DNA of 62,993 nucleotides, filler included, from Reticulomyxa filosa (lineage: Eukaryota; Protista; Foraminifera): NCBI GenBank assembly GCA_000512085.1. It is 18 parts of 18 records of this genome, joined end to end, with 100 filler letters (N's around TTAATTAATTAA, not from the genome) between each part and the next. Parts side by side here need not be neighbours in the genome. Positions count along the whole stretch, not along the records: positions 10,326 to 16,640 come from ASPP01027414.1; positions 16,741 to 17,940 come from ASPP01035773.1; positions 18,041 to 19,823 come from ASPP01024474.1; positions 19,924 to 27,131 come from ASPP01027668.1; 14 more parts are not named here. One strand, given 5' to 3'. The notes below the pieces were generated by a model, which worked only from the letters and a program-made list of their open reading frames with translations, did not search any database and was not told the origin of the DNA. The position numbers and the translations under genes were made by a program. Shown here piece by piece: positions 12,651 through 24,724 of the stretch (the first letter of the stretch is position 1; each line of letters opens with the position of its first letter).

Positions 12651-13503
12651 TTGTGTGTGTGTCAATTATTTGGTAACAGTTTAATCAGAAACAAGTAGCA
12701 GACAGTGTGGTGAGTGTGCAATTGGACCACCACCCTCGAACGATAAAACAGAGTCATTGGAATGGACATGCCACGATAAGTACGTATAACAATACCAATA
12801 GCAGCAATAATAACCCTGGCAAACACAATTACAATCGTCGTCAGTACCAACATCACCACCATTTCAATCACAACCATAATCATAATCACAATCACAATAA
12901 TAATGTTGGCAGCCATGGTCATAACCCCAGTCAATTCCAAAACTCTCGTAGCCATTGGGATTCTTCTCCTCGTGTCGTGCAAGGCCATCCATACAATGGC
13001 AACAAAACCCATCACGTTGGATTGAAGCACGACATTGAGGGAAATAGCAAACATTACCAATCGCATTTCCAACAATCAAATGCAAAGAAATCAGATGGTA
13101 TTTCGACGACGACGACGACGAACCGGTCGAATGGCGTTCACATGTACAATCAGGGTCATAGTTACAACTATAGTCATCGTACCAATGACAACACTCAAAA
13201 TGTTGGCTTTGCACGCAATAATTATGTGAATTCACATTTCATGAAAAACGTCCATTTTCATACTAGTGATCTCGCCAACAATTCAAACCCGAGTCTGAAC
13301 ACCAATGTTAGTACCAATGCGAATCCAACGATAACTGCCGTTACAAATCAAATGGAAGCACCAATGGCAATAACAATGGCACTATTTTCGTCCAAACCAA
13401 TAATCGAGATATTCAAACCAACACAGCGAATGGCAGTTATCCCGGAAACATTGACTCCTTTGTGCTACAAATGGAAGGGCTGCGTTTGAACGGTACAAAA
13501 TAA
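11916..13503 (+). CDS. Tandem CCCH zinc finger + RRM protein with N/H/Q-rich low-complexity tail
   Basis: CKYYNWKSGCNNEQCKYIH and CCEYLTKGTCDNPKCKFPH; RRM VIFYDLPPNTTDDSLR...KAFVTFVNADAAHFCI; (HN)n tract. A probable frameshift near 13345 puts the true C-terminus (NGSTNGNNNG...LRLNGTK*) at 13503. Confidence 0.8.
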
Positions 13504-14158
13504 CTTTTTTATTATCCTTTTTCGTAGTATAGTAAAGCCGAGTTACTGTTGAACTCAAACAAGTACTACGAAGAAAGGGTAATTTTTTGGTGTACTTGCC
13601 GTGTGTTGTATTGTGTTTTGTATGTGCACACTGTTTTATGAGAAGCAAAAGACATAATGCTAGTTCTACTAATCATATCACTTTGTTTTCAAAGAAAACT
13701 TTTTCATTAACTTGCAAGCTTGTCATATTTATTTTTCCACAAACAATGAGAGAACATCATTTCATAATTCATCATTAAAAAAACATTGTAAATATTTCTT
13801 ATCCTCAATGTTTTTTTTTTCCTTTTTTATCAATAAAAAAAAAGTAAAGTTGGAAGGGGCATATCCCAGCATGGTTTCTCTTTAGAACTTCTCCTATTTG
13901 CGAAAAGAATGTACTTTCAGATACTTCACTTTTGCTTTTTAAAAAAGTTTCTACTTAAAAAAAGAACGACATTTTCACTGCAAAAATGATATTGTCATTT
14001 GAATAATTCTTGTGCACGTACTTTTAAGTAATGCAGACCAAAAAAAAAAAATTAGGGGGTAAATCAGCAACAAGAATTTTCATAACAGCAGTTTTTATTT
14101 TTCCTCCATAAAAAATTATTAGTAAAACTTTCGCTATTTTCATAAATTCGAACATACA

Positions 14159-15282
14159 ATGGCAGAAACAGAGGAGGAATTTCCACCAATAAAACTAGTC
14201 GCAGTTGGTGACGGTGCGATTGGAAAGACCTGTTTATTGATAAGCTACACGAAAAACGAGTTTCCAAAAGAGTACGTTCCAACGGTGTTTGAAAATATAA
14301 CCAAAGAGGCAACGGTTGAAATAAATGGAGAAACCAAAACAGTGAGTCTAGACTTATGGGACACCGCTGGTAAAAACTGAAACAAATAAGTGATACCATA
14401 TCTTTTATATACGTAAATAATTTAAGGATAGGAAAAGCTTTGTTTAAAAAAAAAATAATAAAAAAAAAATCAACCAAACAATCAAACAAAAATTAGGACA
14501 AGAGGAATTTGATCGCATTCGACCATTGTCCTATCGAGAAACGGATGTATTTCTGTTATGTTTTAGTGTAGTCGGACCGGCATCATTTGAAAACTTGAAC
14601 ACGAAATGGGTCCCCGAAATTCGCCACCACAACAAAACAGGGATGATATTGCTGGTTGGGTTGAAGTCAGACTTGAGAAATGACCCCCAAGAAGTCAGCA
14701 AACTGAAGCAACGAGGAAAAGAGCCCGTCTCCACAGAACAAATCGAACTCTACAAAAAACAAGTAGAAGCCATTGCATATGTGGAATGTTCTGCACTTAC
14801 CAAAGAAAATGTCAATTTAGTTTTCGAAACAGCCATCAAGTTCTGAACACACTATACTAATCGTTTTGGTACAAACAAGGACAATTTTTTTTTTATCTTT
14901 AATAATGATATAACATATCTTTTTTTTAAAGAAGTACATTTTAAAAATTTTAACAATTTTTTTTAAAAATTCAAAACTCTTCTTTAGAGCCCCCTTTTTT
15001 TTTTATAAAAAAAAACTATGTTTTGTTTTATTGTTATTGGATGACTGTATAAATAGAGCGTTTTTGAATCCATCGTCACAACAAGCAACTGCAGCTACAA
15101 AGGAAGCTGCTTCAGGAGGATGTGTATGCAATTTAGATATATATACATATACATATACATATATATATTTGTGTATTTTGTTTTGACATATTAAATGCTT
15201 ACATGCAAATTGGTACATACAATATCAATATTGGTCGCTTTAATAATGTATGCTATGGAAATAATAGTGCACGGTTTTGTAA
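14159..15282 (+). CDS. Rho/Rac-family small GTPase (4 exons, C-terminal GGCCTVL)
   Basis: [21 protein letters not shown]|[17 protein letters not shown] and ECSAL motifs. Introns at 14370-14496 and 15124-15267 (plus one between them). The last micro-exon TGCACGGTTTTGTAA supplies the CaaX motif CTVL. Confidence 0.93.
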
Positions 15283-15910
15283 CAAAGATTCAAACATGAA
15301 AATATGTTGGGAACAAATTTTTTTCTCGCTTGAGAAGGAGACTTTTGTTGTGTCATATTTTTTTTTTTTTTCTTCTTCCCTTCCCTCTCCCATTTCCACT
15401 GTTGGTTCTGTGTTTAATTCTTGTTTTTGTTCACATTGCTTTGGGTAGATTGTGGCTTTTGACCATTTCTCTTTGTTTTCCTTCATGCTTATTTCACTGC
15501 TTGTGTCCCTATGCACACACGTTGCTCTTTTTTCATTGTGTGGTATGTCACAATTTTCGCCAAACTATGAAAGAGCAAAGTTGTTACTCAAAAGACATCC
15601 TTTTTTTTAAATTCATGGTTTTTTTTCTTTTGTTTGTTTGTGCTTTACTTTTTTTGATACATAAACCAATCAATGGGTTTTTTTTCATCATAGATTTGTT
15701 TGACCTTCAAAGAAGAAAATAAAAACAGATCATTAACATTTTTTCAAACATCTAATACTATTTTTGAAGCCACAACAAGACTTGCTATGAATTAAACAAG
15801 AGCTATATAAGATAGTACTTATTATACAAAGCACGATATTTCTACTTTGTTTGGCGTTTTGGTTCCGCAAGAAATTTTTAAAAAATTCGAAAAAACACGG
15901 TTAAAAAAAG

Positions 15911-16640
15911 ATGGCCGATTACGAAGTTGTGAGCGGTATCGCAGTGATTACTTGCTTGAATCCTCCAGTAAATCAACTCAGCTATCGTCTGAGACTGGGT
16001 TTATTTTCAGGTTTGGAGAATGGCCTGAAGGATCCGAAAGTGAAAGCGATTGTGATTGTGGGAAGTGCTCGTTCATTTCCAGCTGGCGCAGACATTAAGT
16101 TTGGCAACAAATACACTCGAATACATAATATCTAGTAAACTCCTACAGCAGAGCCTCGTACACATCAAAACAGGGAATTTGCAACGGGAGAAGGAATGAA
16201 ACAACCAATCACAGACTTTATTCCGAAATGTGAGGCATCAACAAAGCCAGTGGTTGCAGCAATTCACGGCACAGCCTTAGGAGGAGGTTTGGAAGTCGCC
16301 CTTGGCTGTCATTATCGCATTGGCGTTAAATAAAAAAATAAAAAAAATAAAATCAAGATAACATCCCCCTTTTTTTTTTTTTTTAAAAAAAAAAGAAATT
16401 ATTATTTCTAATTACATTTAACTGATGACAATTTTTGAGGAGGGGGTCAATCATTTTTTAAAATTTTTTGTTTTTATAAAAAAAAAAAAGACATCCCGTT
16501 GTCGTGTCGGATTTCCGGAAGTTTTGATCGGTTTATTGCCAGGAGCAGGTGGCACACAACGATTGCCAAGATTGATCGGACCAATGTTGGCTGCCGAGAT
16601 AATCGTCAGCGGTTCAGTGCCCCTTTTCTTTTTAAGAGAG
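15911..16640 (+). CDS. EHHADH: Bifunctional enoyl-CoA hydratase/3-hydroxyacyl-CoA dehydrogenase (EHHADH-like), N-terminal part
   Basis: [16 protein letters not shown]|[29 protein letters not shown]|[30 protein letters not shown]. Truncated by the gap, so the dehydrogenase half is not seen. Confidence 0.85.
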
Positions 16641-16740
16641 NNNNNNNNNNNNNNNNNNNNNNNNNNNNNNNNNNNNNNNNNNNNTTAATTAATTAANNNN
16701 NNNNNNNNNNNNNNNNNNNNNNNNNNNNNNNNNNNNNNNN

Positions 16741-17940
16741 CGAATGGATTATTGGGAAAAAGGAGGTATTTCATTCCGAGATAAGCTGAAATTAGCGGCA
16801 AGTAATTCCATTTCAAACTTTAAGAGCCAAAAAAATAAGTGGATGGAAACATTAAATCAGTGGAATAAAGCGTGTATCGAATTGCGACATGAGTATCCAT
16901 GTTTAACATATTTTACAATGAATGAAATCCAACGATTGGTTCAAGATTTGGATTATATTGTGGCACATGAAATTCAGTATTGGGATATATTAGCATCCAA
17001 GTATATTGTACCTTTCTTACAAAGATTAGATTATCAATTACAGGATGCATCTCAAGTGTTACATGAATGGAAAGATCAGAATAGTGAAGGTATGCGATCA
17101 TTACAAGAACTTGGACGTATTTTTTCCCAAGTTTGGATGGGATCAAAAAATAATGAAAAAGCACTCAATTCCTTTTCCATATTATCATCATTAAAAGCAG
17201 GGAGGCCTAATTTGGTCATTGCCAAGCAAGAAAATAAACTATTTTCGATGTTGAGTTTATATGAATCCATTGGATTGATACCTCGAGCTGAACATGTACT
17301 TTTGTGTAAGGAGACGACAACAGAAGAGGAAGTGGAATGTTTGATGTTGCGAGCATTACTATATGTGAGCGCAATGGGAGGTATAAATGTCAAGACACCA
17401 TTATATTGTTTAGTTTGGCCAGAAAAATTACAAACAAGAATATTGGAGAAGGTAGTAAATCTTTTTAAAAAATACTTTTTTGAGCCATCGAGATCTCAAC
17501 GAGCACAATTATATTTGTTCGCAGTGGTATCTTTCGATCGCGATAATGCATTATCCTACTTCTTGCGAGAGTTTGAATGGAACGCCTTTGAACAGAATAG
17601 CCGTGAATTTACTAGCGAAATCTTACATTCACAAAAATTAAACATATTGCCTACAAATACACCAGACCGTTCTTTTTATCGGGTACAATTGTATGAGTCT
17701 GCAATGGTTAGTATGAGCAAGAGTTGGACCATTAAGCGGGATATCAAATCTTTACAATCAAATATTAGTAAAGTACGTATACGTTTCAATAGTGGTGATA
17801 TTGACTGGGAAGAAATTGTTAAGACATTATGGAAATATCATCCATGTCAATTAAACAATGCATCTCAAGAAACTATTGTTGATGTGCAAAAAAGAGTGAA
17901 CGATCTCAATTATTCGAAAGACAATTGGATTGTGTATCAT
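16741..17940 (+). CDS. Internal fragment of an RNF213/mysterin-like giant AAA+ protein
   Basis: Open across the whole contig. AGRPNLVIA...LSLY...IPRAEHVLLCKETTTEEEVECLMLRAL...LYCLVWPEKL resembles the RNF213 LP..DEVLLCT..TT.EEV.LLLRR...YSL..AD.L block, followed by a degenerate Walker A (ESAMVSMSKS). Confidence 0.72.
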
Positions 17941-18040
17941 NNNNNNNNNNNNNNNNNNNNNNNNNNNNNNNNNNNNNNNNNNNNTTAATTAATTAANNNN
18001 NNNNNNNNNNNNNNNNNNNNNNNNNNNNNNNNNNNNNNNN

Positions 18041-18401
18041 TAATTTGGATGATGAACGAAATGTGTCAAACATGAAGATAGTATTTACCTATGTTAAATA
18101 ATATTGATGTTTTTGGTTGATATTTAAAAAGAAAGAAAAATGAACTAACGTAATTGACAACAAATTTGTCAAAATCTTTAATCCATCCTAATTGAATGTT
18201 TAATGTTCGAGTCCAATGATGAATAATGATTTGGATCTCTTCTTCTTTTGACTGTTTCAATCATAAAGCAAAATGAGAAAAATAAGAAGAAAAACATAAA
18301 AAAAAAACTTAAACGAAACTTTCATTACTAAGCTAAAGTCTTCTTTTTTTTCCTTGAGATGATCTTTGATGATGCTTTTCGACTTTTTTTTTAAGGGTCA
18401 T
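18041..18401 (-). CDS. 5' exons of an expanded-family WD40 repeat protein
   Basis: Exon 18150-18251 encodes SKEEEIQIIIHHWTRTLNIQLGWIKDFDKFVVNY and the next exon VNTIFMFDTFRSSSKL, paralogous to the gene at 21776-23131. Truncated by the gap. Confidence 0.75.
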
Positions 18402-18866
18402 AAAAAATTGAAATGAATTTGTTTTGTTTAATAAATATAAACTTTATAGTGAGAAATAAGTGTTTTATTTTGTAGAGTATTAACATATATTATTTATACA
18501 TACACACGAATGGTCTTTTTTCTATATGAAAGAATTATTCTGTTTGTCATTGCAAACTCTAAAACTATGCAAAGAGAATACGGCTCAAATTTCTTATTAT
18601 TTTTACTTCTTTACTAGCAAACAAGGTTTGTTGCAAAAAAAGTAATTTTGGAGAGAACTCTTTGTCATAAACAAAATTGAAATAACCAATAAAAAAACAT
18701 TGTACAATTTGGTGAACAATAAAATAAAATAAAATGGATAATTTTCCCTTATTAATCCAATCTCTCAAAAGTACAAATGTTAACATTTTAATGCACTTTT
18801 TTGGATTAAAAAATTACAAAACAGAAAATTCTTTTTTCTTCCAAGTTTTTCAAATTAAAAACAGAA

Positions 18867-19574
18867 AGATGAATTAATGTTCAAGCAAATTCCACTCCAG
18901 AAAAAACTAGATGAAACATTAGACTAATATTTACTCTTCTAAGTAACAAATAATTTGTAGTTTCTATTTTAAAAATAATAAAACTTAGTCAGTATACATA
19001 TAGGTAATTTTAAATGTTAGATAAAGTTTCTACTATAGTATGACTCTTACAAATGGAATATTTTTCTCAACTTCTCTTATGTTTCATTCAAAGACAAAAA
19101 GAAAAACATATTACAAAGATCACATCAGAATTTTGAGAGTTCTCATGCAAATATGTTATGTTCAAAATAATAACATGAGTGTATATTTTTTTTTGTTTCT
19201 TTTTTCACGCCATATTCTGTGTAAATTGTCAGATATTGATCCACAAGGAAAAATTGGAAAATTTCACTGCATCTCAATGCAGTATTGTCGCAACAAACAA
19301 ATTCAATGTAGACAATCTTTTACATTACACCCAATTTATTCATTTACTTCTTTTAATGTTTAAAATTATTCAAATGAAAAGACTTAAATAGTGGACAAAA
19401 TTTATTTCCTATTTATTAGGTTAATGAATCAATCTAAAACTACGTTATACTGACTAAATTTTAATTCAATTTTTTCTGGAGTAGATTTTTGCTATAACGG
19501 GATAAAATTGGAGTAGAAAACGCTTGCAAAAAGTTTTCTAGATTGGAGTGGAATTTTGTAGTATTAATTCGTCT
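18867..19574. mobile_element. Degenerate MITE-like element with inverted termini
   Basis: Nested inverted matches: agatgaattaat/attaattcgtct at the ends, aaattccactcca (18887-18899)/tggagtggaattt (19544-19556), and ttagtcagtata (18985-18996)/tatactgactaa (19446-19457). No convincing coding capacity. Confidence 0.55.
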
Positions 19575-19923
19575 AGCTATTTTTGATATAAGGGATCCTC
19601 TTTTTTAAATTAACATAGTTTTTTGAAAAATTAAAATATCTAAGGCAAAAAGTTTTTCTAAACAAGTATATTTAATATTCCTAAAAACTCTTTTTTGGAG
19701 TCGACAAGAGTTTTTTGTACGCTATTTCAATAAGAACGCTCAGAGTTCTAACAATAATATATTCTCTAAAAATTTTTATGCATGGAAATAATAATGTCCT
19801 CAAGTTATACAGATGACATACATNNNNNNNNNNNNNNNNNNNNNNNNNNNNNNNNNNNNNNNNNNNNTTAATTAATTAANNNNNNNNNNNNNNNNNNNNN
19901 NNNNNNNNNNNNNNNNNNNNNNN

Positions 19924-20441
19924 CAAAGGACCCAACCATCGTTCCGCAGCAATCGGCATTGGGGTGATCAATAAGATCACTTCCTTTCGTTCCAGGTCCA
20001 AAATGCCCAATGCATTTGGTTCATTCAATCCAAACACGTATCGAAAAAATGCCTTTTCATTTATTTTTTTCCCTCATTCAATGAAAAAAAAATGCTTAAT
20101 ACATAAATATACATATATGCATATATGTATACGTATATATATATATGTTGACAAACTTCTTGTCGAAAGTTACAATGAGGGACATCCGTGTCATACAATT
20201 CAAAGTCGGCTTCTTTTCCTCCTTGCAACACAATCGCACCGTGTTTTATATGCTTCAATTGCTTGTGTGCTGCTGCAAACACCTTTTCTCGCACTTCTTT
20301 CAACATTTTTCGCAGGTGGTCTTTGCTGTTCAATATCTCGTACTCTGGACACTTCACGTGCTTGTCCGTCGATTTTGGCATCTCATGAGACCAATCTAAC
20401 CATGGCTTTTTATTCGAACTTGTCTCAGACTTTTCTTCCAT
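19924..20441 (-). CDS. PEPD: Xaa-Pro dipeptidase (prolidase), N-terminal part
   Basis: IVLQGGKEADFELYDTDVPHCNFRQE|AFFRYVFGLNEPNAFGILDL...ERWLGPL matches the prolidase N-domain (VLQGG...TD...FRQES.F.W.FGV.EP). Intron at 20053-20156. Confidence 0.88.
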
Positions 20442-20655
20442 TTAGGTCAATAGAATATTATTATTTTTTTTTTGATTTCTATTGAAATGAAATATTATTA
20501 TCAATTTTACAAATCTCCTTTTTTTTTTTTTGTAAAGATTGAACTATTTTTTTTTAAAGATAATTATTTGGCTTGAAAACAAACCAAAACTACGAAAAAT
20601 GCTGATTGGAAAGTGATATTTTATTTTTGTTAAAGCATAGCTTTATTTCTTTTTT

Positions 20656-21170
20656 TTACACAGTTTTCAAACGAGTTAATAGTACTTTAGTTTCTTTAGA
20701 AAAATTCAGAAGCACTTTTGACGCACATGTGGTTAGACACTTTTCGAATTCGCTTTCATTCTTTATGTGCTGACACTCCGAATTGCATTGCTCCAGACTA
20801 TGTTAAAGTTTATTTTTTGATCAGATGAGCCTTAAAAAATATCAAAAAATAAAAAAGTTTAAAAAAAATGGTTAAACTCTCTTTGAAACTCGCCCATGAC
20901 AAATTTGACTTGTGAATTGACCTTTTGAACGGGAGTTTGACATTTTTTATAGCAAGCTTCAACTTGTTGTGAGGTTTTTGACTCGTCAGCGCATTGTGCC
21001 ATGCATAAAAATGCCTAGAGATGCAAAGCGAGCCGACGTCGTGCATGTGTATCCCCAGTACATTTGTTTTGTTTGTATCAACATACAGTTTTTTGAAGAG
21101 GCACAACGACCGAATGAAGAGATTTCTGAAAGTCTTCAAGTGCAGATTCCAGTTTAGCTTCCATATCCAT
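20656..21170 (-). CDS. FAM136A: FAM136A (DUF842) family protein, 3 exons, not represented in the ORF track
   Basis: Spliced: MDMEAKLESALEDFQKSLHSVVVPLQKT|AFLCMAQCADESKTSQQVEACYKKCQTPVQKVNSQVKFVMGEFQRD|LEQCNSECQHIKNESEFEKCLTTCASKVLLNFSKETKVLLTRLKTV*. Four CX3C motifs with FAM136A spacing and GT-AG introns. Confidence 0.85.
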
Positions 21171-21775
21171 TTATCTTCTATAAGTATAATAGTTGGGGGT
21201 AAAAAAAAGTTAAAAAAAAATTTTACACCTGGCTGTAAGTGGCATTGTAATAAAAGAGCACTCTTATTTTAATGAAAATTTAAGCCCCAATTTTATAAAA
21301 TATCAACAAAATAATCCAACGTTCCTTTTTTGTTGTTTTGTGTAATTGATGAAATAAAATCTATAATTTTATGTTCAATAACATTGAGCATTTGTTCAAT
21401 GCATAATTTAAAGTTTTTAACATAAATAATTGAATTCAAATACAATTTGAATTTTTGGAAGTATTCATATCTTGTTTCAAGAGCTGAAGTCGTCAGAGTA
21501 TTTTTTCTGATTAGTTGAAATATAAAAGCAAATCTAATGGGCAACCAATGTGCGTATCTCAAATCACAATTGCATCAATTTATAACGTTTGTCTTTTCAC
21601 AAAAAAAAAAAACAATGTATTTGCAGTAAATTTTAAAAAAATGCATCCCCAAACACGAATGAGACCCTTTCTTGAACCATACAAAAAAAAAGTTTTTCAT
21701 TATAAATTTAAAAAACACATATTTAGAATGCATTTATTTTTAGAAAAATAGTTTTTTTTATCTAAAAAATTAATA

Positions 21776-23131
21776 TTATCCCCAAACATGAATACGACCT
21801 TTAGTTGAACCATAACATAAATTAATATCATAATAATTATTTTTTTTATTCTTTAATGAAATAAATTTATGACAATATATTCCATTTCCTTCAACATCAC
21901 CTTTGATCAAATATAATTCTCTCTTATTTGATCGAATATCACAAAATCGAATTGTATTATCATCTGATACAGAACAAATCACATTTGAATTACCACCTAA
22001 TTCGATATTTTTCACTACAAATGGTGAATATTCAACAGCATATACTTGACCTGTATGTACATTGAACACTTGAATTTGTTGATCAGATCGAATATCCCAC
22101 AAACGAATGCTATTATCCCATGACCCAGATAATATTGTATTTCCTAACTCATTTGATCCATATTTTACACTCATCACATAACCGTCATGTCCTTTGAATA
22201 TATTCAATTGTTTGGTTGTTTCAATATCCCATATACAAATTGTATTATCATATGATCCGGAACAAATGGTATATCCATTTCCACCAATCACACCAATACT
22301 ATCATTCTTATTATCATTACCATTGTTGTTATTGCTTTGTAATGGTGAAATATCAACACAAGAAATAGCATATTCATTAAAAATATGTAATGTTTTGTAC
22401 GTTTCAACATCCCATAAACGAATTGTTTTATCGTGTGATCCAGAACACAAATATCTACCACCATTAAATGATGAAAATTCAATTCCACAAACTGGACCGT
22501 TATGCTCATATAATACTTGTAATTGTTGATTATGTTTGAAATCCCAAAAACGAATGGTTCTATCAGCTGATGAAGAACAAATAATCATACTACAATTATT
22601 TTGATAATGATATAGTGAAAATTTTACACAATATACAGTATCTGAATGTTCATCAAATAATTGAATTTGTTTATTGGTATCTATATCCCATACACGAACT
22701 GTTTTATCATTTGATCCAGAACAAAGTAAGTGACTGTCATCAAATACTTTTGAATAATCAATACTCCACACAGCCTTAATATGATTAGTAAATGTTTTAA
22801 GTAATTTGGATGATGAAATAAATGTGTTAAACATGAATAATATTGTTGTCTATGTGATTGTAATTATAATTATAACTATAAACAGAAAATAAATATTTGA
22901 ACAAATAAGCTTAACGTAATTGACAACAATTTTGTCAAAATCATGAATCCATCCTAATCTAATATTTAATATTCTAATCCAATGTCGAATAATTATTTGA
23001 ACATTTTCTTCTTCTAACTGTTTCAGTCACGACAACAAAATTTTAAAAACAGCTAGCTTTTTGAAAGATTGAAAGAAACTTACCAATGTCAGTTGCATTG
23101 AAATTTGTTTTTCATTGTCCTGTGTAGTCAT
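21776..23131 (-). CDS. WD40 repeat protein (expanded lineage-specific family) with N-terminal 34-aa module
   Basis: Repeats such as CSGSNDKTVRVWD, SSADRTIRFWD and IGVIGGNGYTICSGSYDNTICIWD. Upstream exons are MTTQDNEKQISMQLTL and LEEENVQIIIRHWIRILNIRLGWIHDFDKIVVNY (22916-23017). Confidence 0.92.
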
Positions 23132-24724
23132 TCCGTTCAACTTTTTTAGCAAATTTAAAAATACAAAAAATAATTTATTCAAAGTGAGTTTTTTCATATT
23201 CAAAAGATTTTTGAATTAATACACTTCCTTTTTATATTTCACCTGATAATTAAATTATTGTCAAAATCTGGATATAGATTAAAAAATGCAGTATATATCA
23301 TTTGCACATACATTTTCTTTGGATTACAATAAACGTTTTAAAAAGTATTCTTTTTATTTTAAAAAATAAAAAATGAATTGATTTTTGTTTAAAAAAATAT
23401 AACTTTCCTACAAAAATTCTTGTAATCCAATCACATATTGAGCAAGAAGCAAGAACATTATTGGCTAGGTCTAAGTGAACATTGACTTCTTTTTTTTTAC
23501 CTCACATCTTACTTCTTACTTCTATTTTTTGTCTTGTTCTTCTTTTCTTTTTTTAATATTACTTGTTTCTCAGAAAACTGCTAATAAGTAATATTTTCTA
23601 TTACACTTAGCTCAACCTTTTTCACACGGCCATCATCTCTCATAAAGTTTAAAATACTAATATGAAGCGATAAACAATAAAAATGATAACCCATTGATAT
23701 CAAAACATAACGCTTTTTCAATTTCGATCTGTCAAAAACTCAAAACAAAAATAAAAAAACTTTTGCACCAAATAAAATTGCAAAGCTAAAATTAATTTCA
23801 CAAAAAAAAAGTTAATGTTACTTGTCGAATTTTTTTAAAAATGCAAAAGATACAAAGCTAATTCTTTTTTAAAAGTATCTATGTGACTTGAAGATTCCTA
23901 AAAAAGAAACTAAAAATTTTTTCTTAGCAATACAGATTTGATTTATATGCATTCCTGCGAAATTTTAAAAATCATTTGAAAAAACGATTTTGATCAACCT
24001 AAAAAAAAGTTATTATAAAACCAATTGCATATTTAAAAACTACGAAGTTTGTAGATATTAACACATATATTCAAATTGAATTCTATTTTTTTTTATACTC
24101 ACATATAATGATTTTGTTTCAGAAGTTAGAATTTGGATCACCAACTTACCAATGATATTTGTGTTGACATCTTTTTTTTTGATAGTTTTTTCTCTTGGGG
24201 TCGTCGAATAAATGTATCAAAAACAAATAATAGAAAAATACTTAATTGGATGTTTCCAACGTTTAAGAGGCACTGTTTTTCTTTTTTGAGTTCAACAAAG
24301 TCAGCAGCGTTTAATGTTTTATTTAAACGTATATAACATTTAAAAAAACTTTGGGAAGCGCAGCTTGAATGAAAACATTGTCGAGGCAGATCCAGCTAAT
24401 AGTAGATTACCCAACACAATATATCCTACTTTTTCCTCCTTTTTGTTCGAAGAAAAGGCCTCGCAGTTAAGTGATTTTCAATTTGTGATATTGTGTTGAA
24501 AGATAATACAACCAATTCTCGATCCATACTTATCTTAATAGTATTAAGTCACATGCACTTCAGTTTCCACTTTTTTTTAAATTAAAAAAAATCGAAAACA
24601 TTTATCACTTTAAGACAATACTTTAAACCTTGAGATATTTTTCTAATTCGAATTTATATGAAACGTGTTAAATAAAAAACTTCCTTTTTTTAAAACTACT
24701 TAATAGATTTTTAACATTAACAAC

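Noticed and set aside
12662-13235. Hydrophobic or Cys-rich minus-strand ORFs (137 aa, 123 aa)
   Set aside because: Antisense shadows of the N/H-rich exon of the CCCH-RRM gene.
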